A DNA stretch of 64,000 nt from Solidesulfovibrio sp. DCME (GTDB taxonomy: Bacteria > Desulfobacterota > Desulfovibrionia > Desulfovibrionales > Desulfovibrionaceae). The notes below the pieces were generated by a model. The model saw only the letters and a program-made list of their open reading frames with translations. It ran no database searches and was not told the origin of the DNA. The first letter of the stretch is position 1, and every line of letters begins with the position of its first letter. Shown here one piece after another: positions 50,819 to 62,258 of the stretch. Position numbers and translations under genes: made by a program. Location: the NCBI RefSeq assembly GCF_049995385.1, contig NZ_CP188261.1, forward strand, positions 1,311,724-1,375,723. Reading direction: 5' to 3'.

Positions 50819-53800
50819 CTAGTAGTCCCACTTCCAGTTGACGCCCACGCCCTGCTTGTTGTTGGCGCCCACTCGGCTGTCGATGGTGATGTTGGGGGTG
50901 ACCTGCACCTCCACGGACACGGCCCCGGTCTGGGCGCCCATGCCCTGCTCCACGCCCACGGTCACGCCCTTGACGATCTCCTTGCCGGCCTTGAGCACGG
51001 TGGAGGAGATGCCGCCCTTGCCCGAGACCAGGGTCAGCTGGTCGAGGCCCAGGATGCGGCGGGTGCGGGCCAGCAGGCTCGTCGGCGTGCCGCCGGCGTA
51101 GAGGGAGGCGGCGGCCTGGGCCAGCTGGGCCGCCTGTAGGGGCGAGAGGTTGGCCGCGCTTTGGCCGAAAAGGATGCGGGCGAGGATGTCGTCGTGGGAC
51201 AGGGTCGGCTGGGAGACCAGGTTGATGGAGGGGTTGGTGGCGTCGCCGGTGATGGCCACCCCGGCCATGACGTCGTTGGTCGTGTTTTCGGCCAGGATGT
51301 CGATGACCGGCGCGGGCGGGTTTTCGCCGTGGAAAACGATCTCGCCCTTGGCGATGTCGAGGTTGCTGCCGAACAGTTCCACCCGGCCCTTTTCCACGGA
51401 GAACTTGCCCACCACCTTGGGCGCGGCGGCCGTGCCCGTAACCGCGACCTGGCCGCCCCAGCGCGATTCCAGCCCCAGGCCGCGCACGTACACGGCCTGG
51501 CCCAGGGCCACGGTCACATCGAGGTCGATATGGCGCGCCGCGGCCGGCGGGGCGGCCTTGCCCTTTTTTTTCGGGGCATTGGGGTCATTGACGTAGGTGA
51601 CCGGGATGACCGTCACCTCGGGCGGCATGGAGGTGGGCAGGTTGATGTCCGCCGGCCCCAGGGTGATCGTGCCGCCGGCCCGCAGGCGCGACAGGGTGCC
51701 GGTCACCGTCACCTTGCCGTCGGCCGTGACCGTGGCCAGGTCCAGGCCGGCCACCCGCAGCCGGGTCAGGGTCAGGGCCAGGTCCACCGGCCCGTTGCTC
51801 AAATCCGCCACGCCGACCGTGCCCGAAAGGGAGAAGCTCCCGCCGCGCCCGTCCTGGCCGCCGGCCTGGCTGACGGTCAGCACGCCACCGGCCGCCTCGG
51901 CGCGCATGGTGACGTTGCGCAGGACCAGCCCGGCGTCGGCGTTTTCGAGACTTTTGGCGGCCAGGGCCAGGTTGCCCGAAACCGACGGCGCGGCCAGGGT
52001 GCCACCCAGGCGCATGTCCGCCGACAGCCGGCCGTCGATGCGGGTGTTGGCCTGGGCCAGAAGCACGGCCATTTGGCTCAAGTCGCTGTCGGCGGTGATG
52101 CGGCCCGACAGGGCGCCACTGGCCGGCATGTCCCAGGCAAAGGGCGACAGGGCGAAACGGACCGGCAGGGCCGCCTCCAGGGTCACGGCCTCCTTCTTGC
52201 CCGTGGGCGCGATTGTAGCGGTCACCGAGGCCTTGCCGCCGCCGATGGCCGCCTTGGCCCGCACGGCCAGGGACGGCAGGTCCTTGCTTTTTTCCGCCGC
52301 CAGCACCAGCCCGTCCACCCGGGCCTCCACGGCCACCTCCGGGCGCTGGGGCGGGCCGGAAACGGTCGCCGTGGCCGTGGCCGTGCCGCCCACCCCGGCC
52401 AGGCCGAAGCTGGCCAGCAGGGGCAGCGGCAGCCCGGACACCGTGGCCTTGGCCGCGACGGCGCGCCCCGAAAGGTTGCCCGAGGCCTCGATTTTGGCCT
52501 TGTCGAAGGACAGGGCCAGGGAGCCGAGGCTCACGTTGTCGCCTTCGAGCCCGACCACGGCCGGGGCGGCCAGGGCGAAACGGCGCTTGTCGAGGCTGCC
52601 GGAAAGCGCCGTCACGGTGATTTTTTGGGCCTTGCCGGCCGTGGCCAGGGACAGCTTGGCCGCGACCTCCAGGGCCTTTTCCCCGGGAATGGTGCCCTTG
52701 GCCTCGAGGCTGGCCGCCAGGGCCTTGCCGTCGCCCGAGGCGGTCAGGTTCAGGCCGGCCAGGTTCAGGCCGCCGACGGCCAGGCCCGAGCCCGACACCG
52801 TGGCCTTGCCCCGGGGGGTGGCCGTGGCATTCGCCAGGTCGGCGGCCACGGTCAGCCGGGTGGCGCTGACCCCCGGCACGGCCAGGTTGGCGGCGGTCAG
52901 GTCGCAGGTCAGGCGCTGGCCGTCCCGGGCGGCCTCGGCGGTCAGGGCCAGCTTGAGGCTGCCGGCCAGGTGTTGCCCCGTGAACCGGCCAAGGCCGGCC
53001 AGGTTGGCGGCGTTGCCGGAAAGCTTGCCGCTCACCCGGCCGCTGTCCAGGGCGATGGTCGCCTCGCCGGTAAAGGCGGCCTCCGGGGCGGCCAGGCGCA
53101 GGTCCTTGATGGCCAGCCGGTTGCCGGCCAGGGCGATGGCCGTGTCCAGCCGGGCCGTTTCGCCCTCGCGCCGGGCGGCCAGGGCCAGCTTGCCGGAGGC
53201 GTTGCCGGCCAGGTCGTCGACCGTGCCTTCGATGGTCGCCCCGGCCAGGGCCAGGTCGTCGAAGACGAGCTTGTCGGCGGTGGCCTTGACCACGACCCTG
53301 GGCGAGGCGGCCTTGCCCGAGGCTTCGATGTCGCAGGAAAAGGTGCCGCCGGCCTTGGCCTCCAGGGCCGGGCCGAGCACGGCCAGGTCCGGGGCCGCCA
53401 GAGCCAGCTTGGCGGCCAGGGTTTCGCCGGGGGCGTCGAAGCGGGCCGAGCCGGCCAGGGACAGGGCCTTGCCGGTCAGTTTGAGGTCGTCCACCGTGGC
53501 GCCCTTGGGGGAAAAGGCGGCGTCCAGGGACAGGGTCGGCGCCGGGCCGAGCAGGGCGGCCAGCACCTGGCCGAGGGGGTCGCGCGGCCCGCCCGTCGGG
53601 CTCGCAAGTCCGGTCAGACCCAGCCGGGCTCGGGCTTTTCCCTGTCCGGCGGCGTCGGCCGTGACCGCGGCGGCCAGGGTCAGCCCGCCCGTCAGGCGCA
53701 GGCCGGCCAGGGAGGCCGCGCCGGCCACGTCGGCCAGGGTCAGGTCCAGGTCGCCCGAAAGGCTTTCCCCGGCGTAGCGCAGGTTGGCCAGGCGAATGGC

Positions 53801-55276
53801 CCCGCCCGGGCCGACGATGCGGCCGGAGCCGGAAGTGACGGCGCCGCTGCCGTCCACGGCCGCCTCCAGGGACAGGTCCAGGCGCTGGCCGAGCAGGCTT
53901 GTGCCCTCGGGGCCGGCCAGGCCTTCGATGGCGCCGGAAAGGCGCAGCCCCGCCCCGGGGAAGGCCCCGTCCAGGGAACCGGCCGGTTCGGCCGTGGCGG
54001 CAAGCGTGGCCGTGGCCAGGCGGACCGGGCCGGCGGCAAAGCCCTTGGCGGACAGTTCCGTCACCAGTTTCGGCTTGTCCATTGCGCCCGAGGCCGTCCC
54101 CGTCACGGCCAGGCTTCCGGCCAGGGACGGGTCGAGCACGGCGGCATCCGGCACGGCGACCCGGACCTGGCCGGCCAGGGTTTTGCCGTCGGCCGGCAGG
54201 TGGGCCGTGGCGGCCAGGGTTCCGGCGGCGGCGGTCAGTTCCGCCCGGTCCAGGTCGAATTCCCCGGATACGATGCCGAAGCGGCCGGCCAGGCGGCAGG
54301 TGGGCGCCTGGCCCACGAGCCGGGCGAGGGCGTCCGGCAAGAGCCCCGCCGGTGGCGTCAGGCCGGCCTCCAGGGAAAAGGCGGCCGTGGCATTTTTTTC
54401 AAGGGGCACGGCCAGGCCCAGGTCGGCCCGCAGCACGGGCGCGTCGGCCAGTTTGGCGGCAAGCGTCCCCTTCCAGGAGGCAAGGGAACCGTCGCCGGTC
54501 AGGGCCACGTCGAGGGCCCCGGCCTGCGGTCCGGCCAGGGCCGCGGCGAGAAGGCCCCCGGGCGCGTCCTGGAGGCCGGCTTTGACCGCCAGTTTCCAGT
54601 CGGCGTAATTGAGCGCCCCCCCCAGGCGCAGGGTCAGGGGCTTGTCGCCGTCCAGGCGCCTGGCGTCCAGCGCAAGGCCCACGGCGCCGGACCCGGATTC
54701 GGCCAGTCGGCCCGCAAGGGAAAGGACGGCGTCCTGGCCGGCGACAGGCGCGTCGAGGATGATCCGGCCCACGGCCAGCCGGTCCACGAGGATGGCCGGC
54801 AGGCGCGGAAAGCGCGGCGGCCATTCCAGGCTGGCCGGGCTCTCCTTGGCCGGCGGCAGGTCCGGCGGGCGGCGCAGGCGCACGATGTCGGCCGAGAGGT
54901 CGTTTATGACCACCCGCCCGCGCAGCAGGGCCAGGGGCGACCAGGCGAAGTGGGCGTCGCTCACGATAAGCCAGGCCCCCTTGCCGTCGGCCAGGGCGAA
55001 GCGGCCCACGCGCAGGGAAAAGGGCAGGGTGCCCGAGACGTCGCGGATGGTGGCGGTGAGGCCCGTTGCGGCCTGGATGGCTTTTTCGGCGACAAAGGCC
55101 GCGCCGCCAAGGCCAACCGGCGTGAGCAGCGCCAGCCAGACGAGTACGAGCAGGCCGGCGCAGCCGCCACAACAGAGGGCGAGCAGGCGGCCGTATCGCC
55201 GGCGCCTCCCCGGGGCCGGGCGGCCGGGCGGGGTCCGGCTAGAAGGATTGTCCGATGCTGAAGTAGAATTGGGCAA
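50819..55276 (-). CDS. tamB: translocation and assembly module protein TamB (AsmA-like, DUF490 C-terminus)
   Basis: 1485 aa with an N-terminal TM anchor, a long Ala/Gly/Leu-rich beta-rich body, and a C-terminus ending in VGANNKQGVGVNWKWDY. The only in-frame start near the 5' end is TTG 55276, which overlaps tamA by 38 nt. Confidence 0.8.
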   Translation of the reverse strand: MPNSTSASDNPSSRTPPGRPAPGRRRRYGRLLALCCGGCAGLLVLVWLALLTPVGLGGAAFVAEKAIQAATGLTATIRDVSGTLPFSLRVGRFALADGKGAWLIVSDAHFAWSPLALLRGRVVINDLSADIVRLRRPPDLPPAKESPASLEWPPRFPRLPAILVDRLAVGRIILDAPVAGQDAVLSLAGRLAESGSGAVGLALDARRLDGDKPLTLRLGGALNYADWKLAVKAGLQDAPGGLLAAALAGPQAGALDVALTGDGSLASWKGTLAAKLADAPVLRADLGLAVPLEKNATAAFSLEAGLTPPAGLLPDALARLVGQAPTCRLAGRFGIVSGEFDLDRAELTAAAGTLAATAHLPADGKTLAGQVRVAVPDAAVLDPSLAGSLAVTGTASGAMDKPKLVTELSAKGFAAGPVRLATATLAATAEPAGSLDGAFPGAGLRLSGAIEGLAGPEGTSLLGQRLDLSLEAAVDGSGAVTSGSGRIVGPGGAIRLANLRYAGESLSGDLDLTLADVAGAASLAGLRLTGGLTLAAAVTADAAGQGKARARLGLTGLASPTGGPRDPLGQVLAALLGPAPTLSLDAAFSPKGATVDDLKLTGKALSLAGSARFDAPGETLAAKLALAAPDLAVLGPALEAKAGGTFSCDIEASGKAASPRVVVKATADKLVFDDLALAGATIEGTVDDLAGNASGKLALAARREGETARLDTAIALAGNRLAIKDLRLAAPEAAFTGEATIALDSGRVSGKLSGNAANLAGLGRFTGQHLAGSLKLALTAEAARDGQRLTCDLTAANLAVPGVSATRLTVAADLANATATPRGKATVSGSGLAVGGLNLAGLNLTASGDGKALAASLEAKGTIPGEKALEVAAKLSLATAGKAQKITVTALSGSLDKRRFALAAPAVVGLEGDNVSLGSLALSFDKAKIEASGNLSGRAVAAKATVSGLPLPLLASFGLAGVGGTATATATVSGPPQRPEVAVEARVDGLVLAAEKSKDLPSLAVRAKAAIGGGKASVTATIAPTGKKEAVTLEAALPVRFALSPFAWDMPASGALSGRITADSDLSQMAVLLAQANTRIDGRLSADMRLGGTLAAPSVSGNLALAAKSLENADAGLVLRNVTMRAEAAGGVLTVSQAGGQDGRGGSFSLSGTVGVADLSNGPVDLALTLTRLRVAGLDLATVTADGKVTVTGTLSRLRAGGTITLGPADINLPTSMPPEVTVIPVTYVNDPNAPKKKGKAAPPAAARHIDLDVTVALGQAVYVRGLGLESRWGGQVAVTGTAAAPKVVGKFSVEKGRVELFGSNLDIAKGEIVFHGENPPAPVIDILAENTTNDVMAGVAITGDATNPSINLVSQPTLSHDDILARILFGQSAANLSPLQAAQLAQAAASLYAGGTPTSLLARTRRILGLDQLTLVSGKGGISSTVLKAGKEIVKGVTVGVEQGMGAQTGAVSVEVQVTPNITIDSRVGANNKQGVGVNWKWDY

Positions 55277-57047
55277 TGTCGTCGATGTCCTTGCGCGGCG
55301 TCACGGGCGTGGCCACGTCCAGGCGCACGGGGCCGACGGGGGTGTAGACGCGCACGCCCAGGCCCGCGCCGAGCAGGATGGGCTGGTTGTAGGGCGGCAG
55401 GGCGGTTTCGAAGGCCGTGCCGCCGTCGAGGAAGGGGACGATGCCGATGAGTTCCGTAACCCGCAAGCGCAGTTCCGTGGAGAAGGTGAGCACCGAGCCG
55501 CCGCCCACGGGGGTGTTGCCCCGAAGCGGCCCCACGGTCTGGTAGGGGTAGCCGCGGATGGAGCCCGAACCGCCGGCATAGTAGCGCAGGTCCGGCGAGA
55601 CGTTGTCGCGGTCGGTGCCGATGTTGGCCCCGCCGATGACCCGGGTGGCCAGGACCAGGCCGGGCTTGTCGGCCAGCTTGAAATAGTTGGCCAGGGAGAA
55701 TTCCGGCCGCACGAAGTTGGGGCCGCCGGCCAGGGTGCCCCAGTAGGGGGCGAGGGAGCCGGTTGCCTGGAGCCCCTTTTGCGGGTCGAGCACGTCGTTT
55801 CGGGTATCGTAGCCCGCTTCCACGGGCACGAACACGAAGCCGTAGCGCTTGTCGTCCTCCCAGGGCCGCGACTGGTCCTTTTCGATGCGCGAGGCCCGGT
55901 AGCCCAGGCCGGCGGCGGCCGAGAAGGACTCGGTGAACTGGCGGCGGATGGTCCCGGTGGCCTGGGCGTTTTGGCCTTGGTAGGCCTTCTTGTTCTCGTC
56001 GGCGACCCGGACCTTGGCCTTGAACAGCTCCTTGGGCGTGATGCAATCCGGCTTCTCGAAGGAGGCCTCGCCGAACTGCTCGATGGCCGAGGCGCTGGCG
56101 GCCACGGAGAGCTTCTCGCCGCCGCCGAAGAGGTTGCGGTGCTCCCAGCTGAGGTTGGCCCCGGGGCCTTCGTCGGTCTTGTAGTCCACGCCGCCCTTGA
56201 TGGTGCGGTGCTTGCGTTCGGCCACGGTGACGAGGATGGGCACCCGGCCGTCGGGCTCGGGCTCGGGGGCCGGTTCGGCCGTCACCAGGGTGAAAAGGTC
56301 GAGGGAGACGAGTTTTTTGCGCAGGCGGGTCACCAGGTCGACGTCGTAGGGCTGCCCTTCGGCCCAGGGCACCAGCCCGGCCAGGTAGGTTTCCTTGACC
56401 GAGGTCAGCCCGGAAAAGCGGGCCGGGCCGAAGGTCGCCCGGGGGCCGGCGTCGATCACCCAGGCCACGGCCACGTCGTGGTCGGCGAAATCCGCCGTGA
56501 CCCGCCGCTCGGCCACCTTGGCGTAGGGATGGCCCTGGCGGTGCAGGATCTCGGTGATCTTCGCCTCGGCTTCCACCACGGCCTTGGCCGCAAAGGGCGA
56601 CGGCACGGTCAGGCCGAGGGCGGCCGGGCCGGGCAGGTCGGCGCCCGGCGGGTCGAGGGTCACCCGGCGCAGGGTAAAGCGCGGGCCGGGGACTATGGCG
56701 TAGGTCAGCACGGCCGGGGTGGCGGCCTGGTCGATGCTGGCGGCGATGGTGGCGGCGAAATAGCCGTCGGACTGGAAGACCTTGGCGAAGTTGGCCTTGT
56801 CTTCCTCGGCCCGGCGCTCCAGGAGCAGCAGGGAATCGGGCGGGCTTTGGATGAGGCTTTCGGCCTTGGAGACCTGCTTGAGGAGGTCGAGGGTTTCCGA
56901 TGCAAGCTCGCCGTCGTAGCGCACCACGTAGGCCAGACCCGCCGGCGTCCGCGACGGGGCGGTCTTGGTTGCCGCCAGGGACATTCCCGGTCCGCAAAGG
57001 GTCAGGACCAGGGCGACGGCACAGGCGAGGCGGATGAAGGTGCCCAT
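55239..57047 (-). CDS. tamA: Omp85-family outer-membrane protein TamA (POTRA domains plus beta-barrel)
   Basis: Track ORF trimmed to ATG 57047. Signal peptide present. Carries RYYAGGSGSIRGY and the terminal FYFSIGQSF aromatic signature. Confidence 0.8.
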   Translation of the reverse strand: MGTFIRLACAVALVLTLCGPGMSLAATKTAPSRTPAGLAYVVRYDGELASETLDLLKQVSKAESLIQSPPDSLLLLERRAEEDKANFAKVFQSDGYFAATIAASIDQAATPAVLTYAIVPGPRFTLRRVTLDPPGADLPGPAALGLTVPSPFAAKAVVEAEAKITEILHRQGHPYAKVAERRVTADFADHDVAVAWVIDAGPRATFGPARFSGLTSVKETYLAGLVPWAEGQPYDVDLVTRLRKKLVSLDLFTLVTAEPAPEPEPDGRVPILVTVAERKHRTIKGGVDYKTDEGPGANLSWEHRNLFGGGEKLSVAASASAIEQFGEASFEKPDCITPKELFKAKVRVADENKKAYQGQNAQATGTIRRQFTESFSAAAGLGYRASRIEKDQSRPWEDDKRYGFVFVPVEAGYDTRNDVLDPQKGLQATGSLAPYWGTLAGGPNFVRPEFSLANYFKLADKPGLVLATRVIGGANIGTDRDNVSPDLRYYAGGSGSIRGYPYQTVGPLRGNTPVGGGSVLTFSTELRLRVTELIGIVPFLDGGTAFETALPPYNQPILLGAGLGVRVYTPVGPVRLDVATPVTPRKDIDDIAQFYFSIGQSF

Positions 57048-57140
57048 GGAAAACGAATGCGGCGCTTCCCTGCGAAAGCGGCTCCCCCTGAAAACGACAG
57101 TATCACGAGGCATGGCGGCCAAGCAACCGGGAGGGCTGGG

Positions 57141-59801
57141 TCAGTTGCGCCGGCCGAGCATCTTTTCGGCCTCCATGACGATAAAGCCCGCCACCGCCAC
57201 CCCGGCCACCCGCAGCCAGGCCATGGCGCCAAGGGGCGCCGCCTCGAACACGCCGGCCAGGGGCGGGACGTAGGTGAAGGCCAGTTGCAGGGCCAGGGCC
57301 GCCCCGATGCCCCACAACACATACGGGTTGCCCGAAAGGGGCAGCGACAGGGCCGGCCGGGAAAGCGTGCGGCAGCTTATGAGGTAGGTCGCGCCCATGG
57401 CCACGAAGACGTTGACCGCCACGGTGCGGGCTTGCACTTCGCTGCCGCCGCCGGCCAGTTCCCATTCGTAGAGGCCGAAGGAGGCGCCGAGCAGCAGCAG
57501 GCCCATCAGCGCCACCCGGCGGGCCAGCCTCGGCCCCAGGATGGGCCGGCGCGGATCGCGGGGAGGCCGGTCCATGACGCCGAGCTCCCAGGGCTCGAAA
57601 GCGAGCATGAGGCCGAGGCTGCCGGCCGTGGTCATGTTGATCCACAGGATCTGGATGGGCGCAATGGGCAGGGGCAGGCCGCCCAGGACGGCCGCGAGCA
57701 CCACCAGCCCCTCGCCCAGGTTGGTCGGCAGGGTCCAGACCAGGAACTTGACCAGGTTGTCGAAGACCCCCCGGCCTTCCTCCACGGCGGCGGCGATGGT
57801 GGCGAAATTGTCGTCGGCCAGGACCATGTCGGCGGCTTCCTTGGCCGCCTCGGTGCCGGCGCGGCCCATGGCCAGGCCGATGTCGGCCTGCTTGAGGGCC
57901 GGGGCGTCGTTGACGCCGTCGCCGGTCATGGCCGTGACGTGTCCCTTTGACTGGAAGGCCTTGACTAGGCGCAGCTTCTGCTGGGGCGAGACCCGGGCGA
58001 AGACCTGGGTGCCCTCGGCCCGGGCGGGCAGGGCGTCGTCGCCCGTGGCCTCGATGTCGGCCCCGGACATGGCCACGACCGGCCCCGTGCCGGCCAGGCC
58101 GAGCGCTTCGGCGATGGCCGCCGCCGTGGCCACGTGGTCGCCGGTGATCATCTTGACCATGACCCCGGCCCGGCGGCAGGCGGCCACGGCGGCCATCGCC
58201 TCGGGGCGCGGCGGGTCGATCATGGCCACGAGCCCCAGAAAGGTGAAGCCGGCGTCGAGGCCGCCCTCGGGGATGTGCTGCGTTTGCGGCGCCAGGGCCT
58301 TGGCAGCCACGGCCAGGACGCGCAGCCCCCGCCGGCCCATGGCATCGGCGACACGGCGCACGGCCGCGACCCCGTCGGGGCCGGGCAGGGCGCAGCGGGC
58401 CAGCACGGCCTCGGCCGAGCCCTTGAGGTGCAGTGTCGGCGGCGCCTCGGCCTGGGGGCCGCTGTTGAGGGTGGCCATGAACATGGTGGCCGAATCGAAG
58501 GGCGCCTCGGCCAGGCGGGGCCGCTTCGCCCGGCTGGCGGCCACGTCCAGGCCGGCGGTCTGGGCGGCGGCCAGCAGGGCCGTTTCGGTCGGGTCGCCGA
58601 CGAACCCCTGGCCGTCGCTGGCCGGGGCGGCATCGTTGCACAGGGTCGCGCCGCGCAGCAGGTCCGCCAGGGCCTGCCCGGCCTGGCTGTCCGCCGCGTC
58701 GGGGCTTTCGGGGACGAATGCCCCGACGTCCAGGCGCCAGTGCCGGCCGGTTGCGAACAGTTCCACCACGGTCATGCGGTTTTGGGTCAGGGTGCCGGTC
58801 TTGTCCGAGCACACCACCGTGGTCGAGCCCAGGGTCTCCACGGCCGGCAGGTGGCGGATGATGGCCTTGCGGGCGGCCATGCGCGACACGCCCATGGCCA
58901 GGATGACGGTGACGGCGGCGGGCAGGCCCTCGGGGATGGCGCCCACGGCCAGGGCCACGGCGGCCATGAACATGGCCGCCGGCGCCTCGCCCCGGGCGAC
59001 GCCCACGGCGAAGCACAGGCCGGCCAGCAGCAGGATGGCCACCAGCAGCCGGCTGGAAAAGCGGGCGATGGCCCGGGTGAGCGGCGTGGCCAGGGCGTCG
59101 GCCTCGGCGGTCAGCGTGGCGATGCGCCCGATTTCGGCCGCGGCGCCGGTGGCCGTGACAAGGCCCAGCCCCACCCCGGCCGTGGCCACGGTGGCGGCGT
59201 AGGCCATGCACGTCCGGTCGGCCAGCAGCGCCGCTTCCTCCACGGGCTCGGGGGACTTGTCCACGGGCGCGGATTCGCCGGTCAAGGCCGATTCGTCGAT
59301 GCGCAGGGACGTGGCCGACACCAGGCGCGCATCGGCCGGCACGCGGTCGCCGGCCCGCAGCCGTACCACGTCGCCGGGCACCAGTTCCTCGGCCGCGATG
59401 GTGCCGAAGGCGCCGTCCCGCAGGACCTCGGCCGTGGCCACCATGGAGCGGGACAGGGCGGCCAGGGCGGAGACGGCCTTGGCCTCCTGGATGTAGCCCA
59501 GCACGGCGTTGACCACGACCACGGCGAAGATGACCCCGGCGTCGAGGAGATGGCCGAGGAAGGCCGACGCCGTGGCCGCCGCCAGCAGGATCAGCACCAG
59601 GGGCTGGAGGAACTGGTCAGCCAGCCGCCGCAGCGGCCCCGGCCCGGACGGCAGGGCCAGGGCGTTTTTGCCGTGGGCGGCCCGCCTGGCCGCGACGGCG
59701 GCAGCGTCCAGGCCTTGGTCGGGCGCGACCTCGAAGTGTGCCGCCACGGCGGCGGCGTCCAGGGCATGGAAGGGGGGTGGCGGCGGAGGGTCGCGGTGCA
59801 T
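57141..59801 (-). CDS. cation-transporting P-type ATPase (type II, Ca/Mg-like)
   Basis: CSDKTGTLTQNRM phosphorylation site, MITGDH, and the GDGVNDAPALKQADIG hinge. About ten TM segments. Confidence 0.88.
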   Translation of the reverse strand: MHRDPPPPPPFHALDAAAVAAHFEVAPDQGLDAAAVAARRAAHGKNALALPSGPGPLRRLADQFLQPLVLILLAAATASAFLGHLLDAGVIFAVVVVNAVLGYIQEAKAVSALAALSRSMVATAEVLRDGAFGTIAAEELVPGDVVRLRAGDRVPADARLVSATSLRIDESALTGESAPVDKSPEPVEEAALLADRTCMAYAATVATAGVGLGLVTATGAAAEIGRIATLTAEADALATPLTRAIARFSSRLLVAILLLAGLCFAVGVARGEAPAAMFMAAVALAVGAIPEGLPAAVTVILAMGVSRMAARKAIIRHLPAVETLGSTTVVCSDKTGTLTQNRMTVVELFATGRHWRLDVGAFVPESPDAADSQAGQALADLLRGATLCNDAAPASDGQGFVGDPTETALLAAAQTAGLDVAASRAKRPRLAEAPFDSATMFMATLNSGPQAEAPPTLHLKGSAEAVLARCALPGPDGVAAVRRVADAMGRRGLRVLAVAAKALAPQTQHIPEGGLDAGFTFLGLVAMIDPPRPEAMAAVAACRRAGVMVKMITGDHVATAAAIAEALGLAGTGPVVAMSGADIEATGDDALPARAEGTQVFARVSPQQKLRLVKAFQSKGHVTAMTGDGVNDAPALKQADIGLAMGRAGTEAAKEAADMVLADDNFATIAAAVEEGRGVFDNLVKFLVWTLPTNLGEGLVVLAAVLGGLPLPIAPIQILWINMTTAGSLGLMLAFEPWELGVMDRPPRDPRRPILGPRLARRVALMGLLLLGASFGLYEWELAGGGSEVQARTVAVNVFVAMGATYLISCRTLSRPALSLPLSGNPYVLWGIGAALALQLAFTYVPPLAGVFEAAPLGAMAWLRVAGVAVAGFIVMEAEKMLGRRN

Positions 59802-59963
59802 GGTGTTCCTTGGCGGTTGCGGGCCTGGGGCCGCCCGTGGGCAGGGGGGGCGTTACGGCCCGGACGACTTGACCCCCGGGGAACCCATGCCCTACTATGC
59901 CGGGTATTGCAGGCCGCAAGGCCCCACGTCAAACAAAACAACCGTTGCCAAGGCTGGTGGAAG

Positions 59964-61063
<1,100 letters not shown>

Positions 61064-61067
<4 letters not shown>

Positions 61068-62197
61068 ACGCGGCCCCCAAACAGCCGTCGGTACTCATCG
61101 TCGACGACGTGCCGGCCAACATCCGGGTGTTGGTCGACTACCTGCGCGACGGCCACGAGCTGCATGTGGCCACAAGCGCCACCGCCGCCCTGGAGCTGGC
61201 GGCCCGCCTTGCCCCGGACATCATCCTCCTCGATGTGGTCATGCCCGACATGGACGGCTACGCGGTCTGCCGCCGGCTCAAGGCCGACCCGGCCACCCGG
61301 GGGATTCCCGTCATCTTCGTCACAGCCCGCCACGCCCCCGAGGACGAGGCCCTGGGCCTGTCGCTGGGGGCGGTGGACTACATCGTCAAGCCGACCAGCC
61401 GGGCCGTGGTCCGGGCCCGGGTCAAAAACCACCTGGAACTGCGCGCGGCCCGGGAATCGCTGGCCCGCCAGAACGAGGCCCTCAAGGAGGCGGCCCAGTT
61501 GCGCGAGGACGTGGACCGCATCATGCGCCACGACCTCAAGGCGCCGCTGACCGGTATCATCGGCCTGCCGCCCATCATTGCCGACGAGGGGGGCTTAAGC
61601 GACGGCCAGGTGACGCTGCTTAAGCTCATCGAGGAAAACGGCTTCAAGATGCTGTCCATGATCAACCTGTCGCTGGACCTGTTCAAGATGGAGCGGGGGA
61701 CGTATACGCTACGCCCCGAACCCGTGGACGCGGCGGCGGTGGTGCGGCGGCTGTTCGTGGAGCTGGCCAGCCTGGCCGGATACAAGAAAAACACCTTCGC
61801 CTTGCGCCTGGACGGCCGGCCCGACGACGGCACGGCGTCGGTGACGGTCTGGGCCGAACGGCTGCTTTTTTATACCATGCTGGCCAATTGCCTCAAAAAC
61901 GCCCTGGAGGCCTCGCCGGACGAAAAAGCCGTCACCGTCGACCTGCGCCCGGGGGACCCGGCTCTGGTCGTGATCGCCAACGAGGGCGTGGTGCCGGCCG
62001 AGATCCGCTCCCGGTTCTTCACCAAGTACGCCACGGCGGGCAAGGCGGGCGGCACCGGCCTTGGCGCCTATTCAACCCGCCTGATCGCCGAGGCCCATGG
62101 CGGCTTCGCCCGCATGGAGACCTCCGACGAAACGGGTACGACGACCATCACCCTGGCCCTGCCCCAGTCCGAGGCGGGCCGGGCCGCCACCGGCTAG
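61064..62197 (+). CDS. hybrid receiver-histidine kinase
   Basis: ATG overlaps the previous stop (ATGA). Receiver motif LLDVVMPDMDG, H-box RIMRHDLKAPL, and G2 motif GGTGLGAY. Confidence 0.85.
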
Positions 62198-62258
62198 GGC
62201 GCTTGCCCGGCCCCAGCCGGCCACACACGACGGGCGCCGCCAACCAGTGAGGTTTGCC

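Noticed and set aside
51161-55261. A 1366-aa + strand ORF antisense to tamB. Similar very long ORFs include 5671..7323, 14273..16387, 28088..30676, 42735..45311, 43978..45414 and 57541..59202.
   Set aside because: Their translations are Arg/Gly/Pro/Ala-rich low-complexity strings without motifs. They lie opposite or out of frame to genes with clear family signatures. This is the usual stop-codon-poor shadow-ORF effect of very GC-rich DNA.
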